A stretch of 60,286 nucleotides of DNA from a virus (Duplodnaviria; Caudoviricetes), in the IMG/VR virus record IMGVR_UViG_3300031539_000028, positions 1 to 60,286 of that record. One strand, given 5' to 3'. Positions 45,396 to 55,693 of this stretch are shown here, piece by piece (positions within the stretch are counted from its first letter, which is position 1; every line of letters begins with the position of its first letter). The notes under the pieces are model-generated. The model searched no databases and was not told where the DNA came from. It saw nothing but the letters and a program-made list of their open reading frames with translations. A program made the position numbers and the translations under genes.

Positions 45396-45410
45396 GCGCG
45401 GGAGGCGCGA

Positions 45411-47066
45411 ATGTCGAAGACGTGGCCGAAGCCGCCGTCGAGAAGAGGACGGCCAGACACGCGGCCAGAGCAGGATCAGTTTGTCAACACGTCCGACGTC
45501 TTCGGAACGATGTTCGACGAGGTCGTGTCAGAGGTCGAGGGCTACATCGCTGGTCATCGAGAGTTCGATCTCGGATACGACAGCATCGAGGACTTCGCCG
45601 CGAGCAGGCTTCAGATCACCGACAAGCAGGCTCGTCTCGTGCCATTCGTCCTGAACGGAGTTCAGCGCAGGGTGATGGACGTGAAGCGGCGCACGGTCGC
45701 GGATGGGAGGCCGGCGAAGTTCCTGATTCTCAAGTTCCGGCGCGGTGGGATCACCACGCTCGAGCAGGCGCTGTCCTATCAGATGGTGGCCACGAATCAC
45801 AACGCCAAGGTGGTGACACTCGCGCACACGTCGACTGACACGGGGAAGCTCTTCGCCATCCCACTTCTCATGCACCAGAAGGACTCGCAGGCTCCGTCGA
45901 GTCACCGGCGCGGGAACAGGCACGCCCTTGAGTTCCCTGGCATGAACTCGGCGTTCTACTGCGGGACCGCGGGGGCGTCGGGCTTCGGACGTGGACAGAC
46001 GCTTCAGCGCGTTCACGGCTCAGAGGTCTCGCGCTGGCACGAGCGGAGCGGAGGCCGTCAGATCGACCTTCAGGACGAGCTGGTCGTGGGTCTCACTGAG
46101 GCCGCCTCTCACGGAGAGATCACGATGGAGACTACGCCGAAGGGAGAGGAGTGGTTCTCCACGACGTACCGAGAAGCCAAGCGCGGGCTGAACGACTGGA
46201 CTCCGATCTTTCTGCCGTGGTTCGTGGACGACGACAACCGCGTCGAGATCACGCAGGAGGAGCGGGAGGAGATCGCCAGCACGCTGTCGGACGAGGAGAT
46301 CGAGCTCGTCGCAAGGCACAAGCTGACTCCCGAGCAGATCATGTGGCGGCGCACGAAGAAGAGGGGCTCCCGGCTCTTCCCGCAGGAATATCCGGAGGAC
46401 GACGAGTCGTGCTTCATGCGATCCGGCACGTCATTCTTCGACGTCGAGAAAGTGATCGGGCTCCTGAAGAGCGTTCCTGACTACGACAGGAGGCACACGG
46501 CGGGGGGCTATCACGTCGAGTGGGAGGAGCCTCAGGATGGCGTCAGGTACGTGTTGGGGGCAGATACGTCTGAGGGGCTCCCGGGGTGCGATTACAACGG
46601 CTACGGGGTCTTGAGACGCGACACCGGAGCTCAGGTGGCGTCCCTTCATGGTCTGTTCCGTCCGAAGGAGCTCGCAACGAGAATCTACGCGGCGCACCTG
46701 CGCTGGAACAAGGCTCTGGTTGGCATCGAGCGGGAGAATCACGGGCACGCCGTGCTACTCGCGGTGGAAGAGCTCGGGCTCAGGAGCCCGCGCAGGCTCT
46801 ATCACTTCTCGAAGGATCGGTCGGGGTGGAGCACAAACGCTGAGACGCGTCCGGTCATGCTGGACGAGCTGGCTACGTGGATCGACGAGGCTGGGCCTGA
46901 CAAGATCAAGGATCGTGACATGCTGTCGGAATGCCTGACCTTCAGACTTCAGACTTCCGGGAAGTTCGAGCACGACCCGGGGTGTCACGACGACACCGTG
47001 TTCAAGTGGGCGATAGCTCTTCAGATGCGCAAGGTCAGGACCCGCTCTCCCGAACTCTGGACGTGA
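45411..47066 (+). CDS. terL: Terminase large subunit
   Basis: LNGVQ, ILKFRRGGITT, VHGSE, ETTPKG, FPQEYP, LGADTSEG, HDD. Confidence 0.93.
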   Translation: MSKTWPKPPSRRGRPDTRPEQDQFVNTSDVFGTMFDEVVSEVEGYIAGHREFDLGYDSIEDFAASRLQITDKQARLVPFVLNGVQRRVMDVKRRTVADGRPAKFLILKFRRGGITTLEQALSYQMVATNHNAKVVTLAHTSTDTGKLFAIPLLMHQKDSQAPSSHRRGNRHALEFPGMNSAFYCGTAGASGFGRGQTLQRVHGSEVSRWHERSGGRQIDLQDELVVGLTEAASHGEITMETTPKGEEWFSTTYREAKRGLNDWTPIFLPWFVDDDNRVEITQEEREEIASTLSDEEIELVARHKLTPEQIMWRRTKKRGSRLFPQEYPEDDESCFMRSGTSFFDVEKVIGLLKSVPDYDRRHTAGGYHVEWEEPQDGVRYVLGADTSEGLPGCDYNGYGVLRRDTGAQVASLHGLFRPKELATRIYAAHLRWNKALVGIERENHGHAVLLAVEELGLRSPRRLYHFSKDRSGWSTNAETRPVMLDELATWIDEAGPDKIKDRDMLSECLTFRLQTSGKFEHDPGCHDDTVFKWAIALQMRKVRTRSPELWT

Positions 47067-47068
47067 CT

Positions 47069-47106
47069 TATTTTCCGCTTGCGCTCTGACGCCTGCGCTG
47101 TATCAT
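47069..47106 (+). promoter_or_regulatory. Possible sigma70-like promoter
   Basis: ttttccgc-TTGCGC, 16-nt spacer, TATCAT. Confidence 0.35.
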
Positions 47107-47131
47107 TCTGCCAGGAACGGGGAGGTGGGCT

Positions 47132-47533
47132 GTGGGAGAAGAGACGACGCCCGAGGTTGTCGTGCACGCGCCCGGCTACAAGTCGACGGAGTTCTGGCTC
47201 TCGCTCGCGGCGGTGCTCGCCGGCTTCATCCTCGCCAGCGGGGCCGTCGTCGAGGGGTCGCTCGCCTCGACCATCGTAGGAGGGGTCCTGACCGTGCTCG
47301 GCGTGCTCGGCTACACGAACGGCCGGACGGCCGTGAAGATCGCCGAGGAGCAGTGCAAGCGCGAGGAGGCCAGGGGCACCTCATTCGTCGCCTACGCGGC
47401 CGAGAAGGTCAAGGGAATGGTCGAGAGCCGCAAGAAGTCCGAGGCTGATGCAGCCGCGGCCAGGCTCACGGCCGAGGCCAAGGCGAACGAGCTGCCGGCT
47501 GTCGAAGACGGCGCTAGCGACGTCCTCCCGTAG
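47132..47533 (+). CDS. Putative holin
   Basis: PGYKSTEFWLS followed by two TM segments and a charged tail. Confidence 0.7.
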   Translation: MGEETTPEVVVHAPGYKSTEFWLSLAAVLAGFILASGAVVEGSLASTIVGGVLTVLGVLGYTNGRTAVKIAEEQCKREEARGTSFVAYAAEKVKGMVESRKKSEADAAAARLTAEAKANELPAVEDGASDVLP

Positions 47534-47541
47534 GAGACTCC

Positions 47542-47736
47542 GTGGACACCGTCAAGGCCACCGTCCTGATGATCGTCGAGGTGCTCCTGAAGGCGATCCT
47601 TCAGGCGCTCCCGGCGATCATGCGGGACGAGGCCCGCACCATCGAGCCGGACGAGCGCGACGACGAGATGCGAGAGCGTGCGCTGCGGGCCTTCTCCGAG
47701 TTCGAGGGGGTGGACCTTGACACTCTCAATCCTTGA
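47542..47736 (+). CDS. Small hypothetical protein (lysis-associated by position)
   Basis: AGGAGA RBS; hydrophobic N-terminus and charged C-terminus. Confidence 0.55.
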   Translation: MDTVKATVLMIVEVLLKAILQALPAIMRDEARTIEPDERDDEMRERALRAFSEFEGVDLDTLNP

Positions 47737-48145
47737 AGCGGTGCCGACGTGGGCTCTGGTCGTGTCCCTGCTCGCGCTGGCTCTCCTCGGAGGCTTCGTG
47801 ATCGGAGCCGTCGTGTACCTGTACCACCGTCGAGGAGACCGGCGAGTCGGAACGCGTGACTATCGCTTCCCCAACGCGCACAGATTCTGGCCGTGGATGT
47901 TCTGCGGCGTTGCGCTGGCGCTCCTCCTCGGCGGTTGCATGGAGCGGGCGGTGATCGTTCCTCCCACCGTTCCGGTCCGCCTCGCACAGAAGCTGTACGG
48001 CGTTCACGTTTGGGTGAAGAGCCTGGACGGCAAAGAGGTCAAGGCCAGGGCAGACCTGTTCCCGGGCATGATCATCGTCACCGACCCGAGGGACTTTCCG
48101 ACCGAGGCACGCGCCAAGTTCATGAACCTGAGGGGGGACGAGTGA
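47717..48145 (+). CDS. Membrane protein / lipoprotein (spanin-like candidate)
   Basis: TM segment, then lipobox-like LLLGGC and VIVPPTVPVRLA. Confidence 0.55.
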   Translation: MTLSILEAVPTWALVVSLLALALLGGFVIGAVVYLYHRRGDRRVGTRDYRFPNAHRFWPWMFCGVALALLLGGCMERAVIVPPTVPVRLAQKLYGVHVWVKSLDGKEVKARADLFPGMIIVTDPRDFPTEARAKFMNLRGDE

Positions 48146-48489
48146 TGATCGGCGAGCGTAACGGCGTATGGCGGGTGCTCGCGGTCGCGCTCATCGGCGT
48201 GGTCGTGACCGGCGTCATCTCGTGGCTCGGCTTCGCCAAGGACACGCCTGGACGCACCGAGGTTGCGGCGATGATAGACCGAGGGGCCTGCCAGGAGCCC
48301 GAGGTCAAGCAGATCGTCGCCGAGACGTCGCCATACATTCAGGATCGCGCCGTGATCCGGAAGAGCATCAACAACCTTGAGAGCAAGGTCGTGGAGCTCG
48401 ACGGTAGCGTGGACGGACTTCGGATGGAGCAGACGAAGCTGGTGGAGCGCATTGACCGCGTGCTCGAGAGACTTCCGCCGCCTCGATAG
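48145..48489 (+). CDS. TM + coiled-coil protein
   Basis: N-terminal TM segment and C-terminal heptads. Confidence 0.65.
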   Translation: MIGERNGVWRVLAVALIGVVVTGVISWLGFAKDTPGRTEVAAMIDRGACQEPEVKQIVAETSPYIQDRAVIRKSINNLESKVVELDGSVDGLRMEQTKLVERIDRVLERLPPPR

Positions 48490-48498
48490 GGGATCGCC

Positions 48499-49836
48499 AT
48501 GGCACTCTCAGGACTCTTCGGGACGGCGATAGGGCAGGACGCTCAGGGCGGCGGCGGCGGCGGACTCCACGCCACGACGCATGAGAACGGCGGGGGCGAT
48601 GAGGTCGGAGTGGGCGGTCTGAGTGGAGAGCTCGCCGATCCACAGCCGCCCAAGGCGCACAAGACGTCGCATGAACCCGGTGGCGGCGACGCCATGACGG
48701 TTGATGCTGTTGCTGGTACGGGATCACTGCGCACGATTGGGACCGGCGCGCAGACCGCTTGCGCTGGGAATGACGCTCGGCTCTCCGATGCTCGCGCTCC
48801 GGTCTCCCATGAAAGCTCGCATAAGAATGGTGGGGCTGACGAAGTCGCGACTGTGACGGCTGCCTCCGGAGCGATCCCAAAGGCAGACGGTACTGGCAAG
48901 CTCCCCATCGAATGGATGCCTGCCGCCCTCATCGGCTCCATTAACTATCAGGGTACTTGGAACGCCAACACCAATACTCCGACGCTTTCCGACGCGACCG
49001 GCACGAAGGGTCACTACTATGTCGTGTCCGTCGCTGGAACACAGGATCTTGGCTCCGGTTCGGTCAGCTACAACATCGGAGACTGGGTCGTCCACAACGG
49101 AACCATCTACGAGAAGATCGACAACACCGACAGCGTGACTTCGGTCTTCAGCCGTACTGGCGCGGTGACGGCGCAAGCCAACGATTATACTCATGCGCAG
49201 CTTGCCAGCATCGGCGTGAATGACCATCATGCGCAAGTGCACGCCGCATCCCATCAGTCTGGTGGCGGTGACGCGATCAAGCTGGACGACCTCGCAACGC
49301 CGGACGACAACACTGACCTGGACGCGACGACCAGCATACATGGCCTACTCCCAAAGCTCGGCGGCGGCACCGCGAACTACCTGCGCGCGGACGGCACGTG
49401 GGCGGCTCCGCCGGGTGGTGGTGGTGGCGCGGTCACGCTCAACGAGCCTGCGGCTGATAACTCTGCAGGGACGCAGGCGATCTTCGACTCCGGGACCGTC
49501 GGCGAAGCAGTCGCACTCCCTGACCTGCTCTATCTGAAGAGCGACGGTAAGTGGTGGAAAGCCGATGCCGATGCGGCGGCATCTATGCCGGGCCTGCGGA
49601 TGGCGCTTGAATCCAAGACTGCGGACCAGATATGTTCCATGCTGGTGACGGGGCGTGTTCGCGACGATGATTGGGCCTGGACCGTCGGTGGACTGATTTA
49701 CGCCTCGACGACTGCGGGCGGCCTGACGCAGACCGCTCCCAGCGGTAGCGGGGACATCGTCCAGATAGTCGGCATGGCGTATCACGCCGACAAGATGATC
49801 TTCGATCCCAGCCCGGTGACAGCAGAGGTAGTGTAA
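48499..49836 (+). CDS. Fibre-like virion protein
   Basis: Four HxxxHxxGGxD motifs, YQGTWNANTNTP...GHYYVVSVAG, VTSVFSRTGAV, YLRADGTWAAP. Confidence 0.75.
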   Translation: MALSGLFGTAIGQDAQGGGGGGLHATTHENGGGDEVGVGGLSGELADPQPPKAHKTSHEPGGGDAMTVDAVAGTGSLRTIGTGAQTACAGNDARLSDARAPVSHESSHKNGGADEVATVTAASGAIPKADGTGKLPIEWMPAALIGSINYQGTWNANTNTPTLSDATGTKGHYYVVSVAGTQDLGSGSVSYNIGDWVVHNGTIYEKIDNTDSVTSVFSRTGAVTAQANDYTHAQLASIGVNDHHAQVHAASHQSGGGDAIKLDDLATPDDNTDLDATTSIHGLLPKLGGGTANYLRADGTWAAPPGGGGGAVTLNEPAADNSAGTQAIFDSGTVGEAVALPDLLYLKSDGKWWKADADAAASMPGLRMALESKTADQICSMLVTGRVRDDDWAWTVGGLIYASTTAGGLTQTAPSGSGDIVQIVGMAYHADKMIFDPSPVTAEVV

Positions 49837-49838
49837 AC

Positions 49839-50741
49839 ATGGCTAACATCGCTAAGCTGATGGGGGTCACCACCGCCAACATCGCGAAGGCGATGGGTGT
49901 CTCAAAATCTACACTCAGTAAAATCATGGGCCTTAGCCTTGCCAAGGCCACGGGTGGCACCATTAGTTACTCTGGTGGCTACACGATTCACACGTTTACG
50001 GCGGATGGGACTTTCACGGCTTTGGTTGCTATGAACGTGGAATATCTCGTCGTGGCTGGTGGCGGTGGTGGTGGTGAAGGTGCGGGTGGTGGTGGCGGGG
50101 CGGGTGGGTTTCGTACTGGGACAGGATTCGCCGTTACTCCTCAAGCCTACCCAATCACCGTTGGGGGTGGTGGTAACGGGGCTGTTGCGAATTCTGGATC
50201 AAACGGCGTCAATGGCGTAGATTCTTCTGCTCTTGGCGTCACTGCAACTGGTGGTGGTGGTGGCGGTAGTCGTAATGGTTCTAATGGAAGTGGGGGCGGT
50301 TCTGGCGGCGGTGCAGGAACTGATGGTTCTGCCTTAACTGGCGGTGCCGGTACCGGAGGACAGGGTAGCGACGGGGGCGATAATATCGCCTCTGGCAATT
50401 ACGGCAACGGCGGTGGCGGTGGAGCTTCTGCTGCGGGTGGTGATGCAACTTCGTCGGTTTCTGGAAATGGTGGTGCAGGCACCGCCAGTAGCATCAGCGG
50501 TTCTTCTGTAACCTATGCTGGTGGTGGTGGCGGCGGTGGACTGCATACTGGATCTACCCGTGGGACAGGCGGCGACGGCGGTGGTGGCGATGGTGGCGAC
50601 CACACTACGAGTTCGGTTGGTGAGAATGGGGACGCAAATACTGGTGGTGGTGGCGGTGGTGGATGTGCGTCCAATCCGGGAGATGTACGCAGAGATGGTG
50701 GCAACGGTGGCTCAGGCATCGTAAGCATCAGGTATCTGTAG
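49839..50741 (+). CDS. Glycine-rich-domain virion protein
   Basis: ATGGT...YTIHTF...VEYLVVAGGGGGG...GGSGIVSIRY; GGT-rich codon usage. Confidence 0.85.
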   Translation: MANIAKLMGVTTANIAKAMGVSKSTLSKIMGLSLAKATGGTISYSGGYTIHTFTADGTFTALVAMNVEYLVVAGGGGGGEGAGGGGGAGGFRTGTGFAVTPQAYPITVGGGGNGAVANSGSNGVNGVDSSALGVTATGGGGGGSRNGSNGSGGGSGGGAGTDGSALTGGAGTGGQGSDGGDNIASGNYGNGGGGGASAAGGDATSSVSGNGGAGTASSISGSSVTYAGGGGGGGLHTGSTRGTGGDGGGGDGGDHTTSSVGENGDANTGGGGGGGCASNPGDVRRDGGNGGSGIVSIRYL

Positions 50742-50762
50742 GATGGCGCAAGGAGCTGAACG

Positions 50763-51131
50763 ATGAGCAACGCAAACGGCGAGGTCACTCAGGCGGAATA
50801 CATCCGCTACCTCGAGATCGAGATACCGGTGACGGGTTCGCCCGCGACGCTGTGGTCTCTCATCGAGGGCCTTCTCGCCGACGCCGAGAAGAAGCGCGTC
50901 CTGCAGGTCGTGATCAAGGATCACGGCGCTTCGTTCGTCGTCGGAGACACCGACGACCTGAGCGGGAAGAACGAGACCGTCGAGGCGACTGGCATCTACA
51001 CGGAGCCGTGTCTCGGCGATCCTGACGGCTGGCTCGGCAGGACGTACGTCGCGGCCGTCGGTGCGGCTGTGCTGATACCGCTCTGCAAGGTCTACATCGG
51101 TCATGCGCCGAACACGTCGGCGCTGACGTAG
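50763..51131 (+). CDS. Hypothetical protein
   Basis: AAGGAG RBS. Confidence 0.65.
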   Translation: MSNANGEVTQAEYIRYLEIEIPVTGSPATLWSLIEGLLADAEKKRVLQVVIKDHGASFVVGDTDDLSGKNETVEATGIYTEPCLGDPDGWLGRTYVAAVGAAVLIPLCKVYIGHAPNTSALT

Positions 51132-51154
51132 TCGGACGAGAGAGGGGGACCGCG

Positions 51155-51961
<807 letters not shown>

Positions 51962-51974
51962 AGGCGAGGGGCAG

Positions 51975-54377
51975 ATGATCGACCGGAGTCGGGGAAGAGA
52001 CGGAGAGCGCGGCTCAGCCGGCGGTGCTTCCGTCATCCTGGATCATCGTGGTATCCCGTGGACGGGGGACGGGAACGGGAACGGCTATAAGACGGACCGC
52101 GCAACCGCTCTCGGGATGCTCAAGTCATTCTCGGGATACGTTCAGAGGCTCTACGGGCTCGACAGCGCGCCGATCATCAGGGCTCAGGAGCCGTACCACA
52201 ACCACGCGTGGGTCTACGCCGCGGCCACCGTCACCGCGAGGAACGTGGCGCAGGCTTCGCTCGGCGTGTGGATCGAGACCGAGGACGAGATCGCCTCGCG
52301 CGCTATGAGGGCGAAGCGCGCAGGCAGGCCGTGGACGGGACCGAGGGCCGGGCGGAACCGCACGGCCGTCGCTCGACACCTCCGGTGGAACGCCAGACGC
52401 CACGGCGTCTCGCTGTCGCGCAAGGGGCTGGAACAGGACCCCGAGCACGAGATATCGCTCCTCTTCGCAAAGCCAAACCCGGTCATGACAGGCCAGCAGC
52501 TCGTCGAGGCGACTGTGCTCTGGCTTCAGCTCAGGGGGGAGTCGTTCTGGATTCTCTCCGGAGAGGACGGGAAGAGGCTGAACGCGGGCGAGACGGCGGC
52601 CGAGATATGGCCGGTCAACCCGGACCGCTTCACGCCCATCAAGAAGAACGGCCGGCTTGTCGCCTGGAAGGTATCGAAGAGCGGCGACATATGGGGGCTC
52701 GGCGCTCACGTCGTCACGATCCTTAACCTCGACGAGGTGGTGCAGTTCAAGTTCACGAATCCCGACGATCCGATACGCGGGATGAGCCCCATCACCGCGG
52801 CAGCGGCCGGGATCACGATAGACATGCTGGCGACGTCTCACAATAAGTCGATCCTGTCGAACGGCGCGGAGCCGTCCGGTCTCATCGCGTTCGAGGGCGA
52901 CTTCGCCGACGAGGCCGAGGAGGAGCGTTTCAGGGAGCGATGGGAGAATCGCCACAAGGGTCCTGGCAACCGGGGACGGCTCGGAATCCTCCCCGGCGGC
53001 AACGCCAAGTATTTCCAGGTAGGACTCTCGCCGGCCGACATGCAGTACCTCGAACAGAGGCGGTGGGACCGCGACGAGATACTCGCCGTCGAGGGCGTGC
53101 CAAAGGCCATGCTCTCTATCACCGACGACCTGAACTATGCGACCGCGCTCGGGCAGAAGAGGACGTTTTGGGACGAGCTCCTCTTCCCGATCATTCGGAT
53201 GATGGAGGACGTGCTGGACGGCACGATGCTGCTGCCAGAGACGGACAACATAGTCGCGGCGTTCGACCTGTCGGGCGTGGAGGCTCTCAAGACCGGCCTC
53301 ACCGCGAAGGTTCTCGACGCGCGCGGGCTCGCCGGGAACGAGCTTCACATGCCGCCGTCGATGGCGTTCGAGCTCGTCGGGGTTGACGTGGGTGAGTACG
53401 AGGGCAGCGACATCGCTCTCGTCAGTCCGCTCCTCGCGCCGGTGGGTGACGTGATCGGAGGACTCGGGCCCGCGCCCGCTCCGGCTCCCGGCGAGCCCGG
53501 CGCAGACGACGACGAGGATGAGCCCGACGTCGACGAAGAACCTGACATGGTTAGGCCCAGCGCGAAGCAGTCGAGCCGAGGACGGAATCTGGCGCGGTGG
53601 AACGCGCTCATGCGCGGCGTGCAGGTTCCGCTCGAGCGTGTGTTCGCGGCGGCGTGGAAGAAGTGGCTGCGCGTCGAGCGCGCCGAGCAGCTCGAGCTCT
53701 TCGACGAGGTGGCCGGAGCTCGCCGGGCGATCATGGAGGCCGTCAAGCAGGACAAGCTCGACCTGCTGGCCGCGCTCGTCGACGTCGGAGACATGCAGCA
53801 TCGGCTCGGCGGGACTGTCCGTCCGATCTACGCTGGTGGGCTAGACGCGGTGTTCAGCTTCACCGTTCAGGAGCTCGGAGGCATACCAGTCTTCGGGATC
53901 GACGACCCGCGCATCATGGCGTTCTTCGACGCGCACCAGCGGAGGCTCGTCGGGACCACGCCCGTCACGATCCAGGCCAACCTCAGGCGGTCGCTGTCTG
54001 AGGGACTGCAGGAAGGCGAGACGCTCGGGCAGCTTCGCCAGCGCGTTGCAGAGGTCTACAACGTCGCCGGCTCCGACTGGAAGACGCTTCAGGTGGCTCG
54101 GACGGAGACGGCCGGCTTCATGAACGGTGTGCGCGAGTCGATGTTCGAGGCGCAGGGCTTCAGGTACGCAGATTGGGTGACGGCCGGCGACGAAGAGGTC
54201 AGGGTGAACCATCAGGAGTTCGGAAGGATCGGCTCACGTCCCTTGACGCACGACTACCTCGCGGACAGACTGGACTCGACGACCGGATTCGGACGTCTCC
54301 TGTATCCGAATGACCCGCTCGGGCCGTCTGCGGAGGTCATAAACTGCCGGTGCATACACATCCCGTCGGCCGAGTGA
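51975..54377 (+). CDS. HK97-type portal fused to a Mu gpF-like minor head domain
   Basis: WVYAA, KPNPVMTG, GMSPITAA, DMQYLEQR, GVP; C-terminal ARTET, WVTAGDEEVR-H and EVINCRC. Confidence 0.9.
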   Translation: MIDRSRGRDGERGSAGGASVILDHRGIPWTGDGNGNGYKTDRATALGMLKSFSGYVQRLYGLDSAPIIRAQEPYHNHAWVYAAATVTARNVAQASLGVWIETEDEIASRAMRAKRAGRPWTGPRAGRNRTAVARHLRWNARRHGVSLSRKGLEQDPEHEISLLFAKPNPVMTGQQLVEATVLWLQLRGESFWILSGEDGKRLNAGETAAEIWPVNPDRFTPIKKNGRLVAWKVSKSGDIWGLGAHVVTILNLDEVVQFKFTNPDDPIRGMSPITAAAAGITIDMLATSHNKSILSNGAEPSGLIAFEGDFADEAEEERFRERWENRHKGPGNRGRLGILPGGNAKYFQVGLSPADMQYLEQRRWDRDEILAVEGVPKAMLSITDDLNYATALGQKRTFWDELLFPIIRMMEDVLDGTMLLPETDNIVAAFDLSGVEALKTGLTAKVLDARGLAGNELHMPPSMAFELVGVDVGEYEGSDIALVSPLLAPVGDVIGGLGPAPAPAPGEPGADDDEDEPDVDEEPDMVRPSAKQSSRGRNLARWNALMRGVQVPLERVFAAAWKKWLRVERAEQLELFDEVAGARRAIMEAVKQDKLDLLAALVDVGDMQHRLGGTVRPIYAGGLDAVFSFTVQELGGIPVFGIDDPRIMAFFDAHQRRLVGTTPVTIQANLRRSLSEGLQEGETLGQLRQRVAEVYNVAGSDWKTLQVARTETAGFMNGVRESMFEAQGFRYADWVTAGDEEVRVNHQEFGRIGSRPLTHDYLADRLDSTTGFGRLLYPNDPLGPSAEVINCRCIHIPSAE

Positions 54378-54387
54378 GGAGAGCACG

Positions 54388-55644
54388 ATGAAGGTCACGA
54401 GGGAGTTGATGGAAGCCGCGCCCGGCACGTTTCGAGTCGCCGACACCGGCGAGCTAGTCGAGCGCGTGAGGCACGCGCTGGACCGCGCGAGGCTCCTCGG
54501 CATCCTGTCTCAGACGATGGTGCGCGATGGCGACGCCGGCCCGATGATCGTGAAGATGGGGACACGTCCGCTCTCCGTCAAGGAGCTGTCGGCCGAGCAG
54601 ATGATGGCGTGGGCCGACGAAGTCGGCATGCCGTGGCAGGAGGGGTACGAGAAGCGCGTCATCCAGGTGTGGGCGAGCGACGAGCGCGTCGACCGTGACG
54701 GCGACATCGTCGAGCAGTCGTGGCGGTTCGACAACTACGCTCGCAACCCGCTCGTGCTGTGGGGCCACGAGTGGGGGGCGCCGCCCATCGGCAGCTCGAT
54801 CCACTGGAGCGTCGAGGAACGCGCAGACGACGGCGACGACTACTCCGGCCCGGCTCTCCTGCTCGTGGAGCTCTTCGCCCCGGGCGACGTGTCGCCTCAG
54901 GCTGACTCAGTCCTCAGGCTTGCCAAGGCAGGATTCCTGCGCTCCGGCTCCGTCGGATTCTATCCGGGCAAGGTAGTCGTGCCTGAGAGCGACGAGGCGC
55001 GCGAGGAGCTCGGGATCCCGGAGGGCGGATACCTGTTGCAGGACAACGAGCTCATCGAGCACTCTCACTGCAGCGTCCCTGCGAACCCAGGCGCGCTGAA
55101 CATCCTTGTCGCTGCGAAGGCGGCCGGCGGGCTGCGACCCACTGACGTCATCGCCATCCGCGAGCTCGCCCGGCAGGACGCTCTCATCGTCGGCCGCGAG
55201 GACGTGTGGTCGCGGATGGACTCCGCGATGCGTCGCATGTGGCGGGGGCTCTACCCCAACGTGGCGATAGAGGATCACAAGTCGGTGGCTCACCCCGTCG
55301 AGCCTGACTCGGCGGTGGAGCGGAGCTGTGCGCCGGCGGCGAAGACGGTGACGCTGGACGAGGTCGCCGATCCGGAGCCGACCGAGCCCGCCGGAGACGA
55401 GGGCGGGCGCACGGGGCCCACGCTGGAAGAGCTTCAGATGGTGATAGCGACAACCGTCGACACGCTCGCCGTCGTGATACGCGACGTGGACGGCCTCAAG
55501 AGTGACGTGGCGGACCTCAGGAGCGATCTTGACGGGGCTCGCCGCGAGCACGAGCAGGACAGCTCTCAGGCGCTGTCGGCGCTCCTGAGCGATCTTAGGG
55601 AAAACACCGGAAAAGCTCTTGCAAAGCGGGCCGGTGGCGGCTAG
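54388..55644 (+). CDS. HK97-type prohead protease
   Basis: ASDERVDRDGDIV, NPLVLWGH, SVGF, ELIEHSHCSVPANP. Confidence 0.88.
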   Translation: MKVTRELMEAAPGTFRVADTGELVERVRHALDRARLLGILSQTMVRDGDAGPMIVKMGTRPLSVKELSAEQMMAWADEVGMPWQEGYEKRVIQVWASDERVDRDGDIVEQSWRFDNYARNPLVLWGHEWGAPPIGSSIHWSVEERADDGDDYSGPALLLVELFAPGDVSPQADSVLRLAKAGFLRSGSVGFYPGKVVVPESDEAREELGIPEGGYLLQDNELIEHSHCSVPANPGALNILVAAKAAGGLRPTDVIAIRELARQDALIVGREDVWSRMDSAMRRMWRGLYPNVAIEDHKSVAHPVEPDSAVERSCAPAAKTVTLDEVADPEPTEPAGDEGGRTGPTLEELQMVIATTVDTLAVVIRDVDGLKSDVADLRSDLDGARREHEQDSSQALSALLSDLRENTGKALAKRAGGG

Positions 55645-55693
55645 ATTCCAGTGGCTGATGCACGCTGACAAGGGCTGACAAGGAGGGCGTCAG

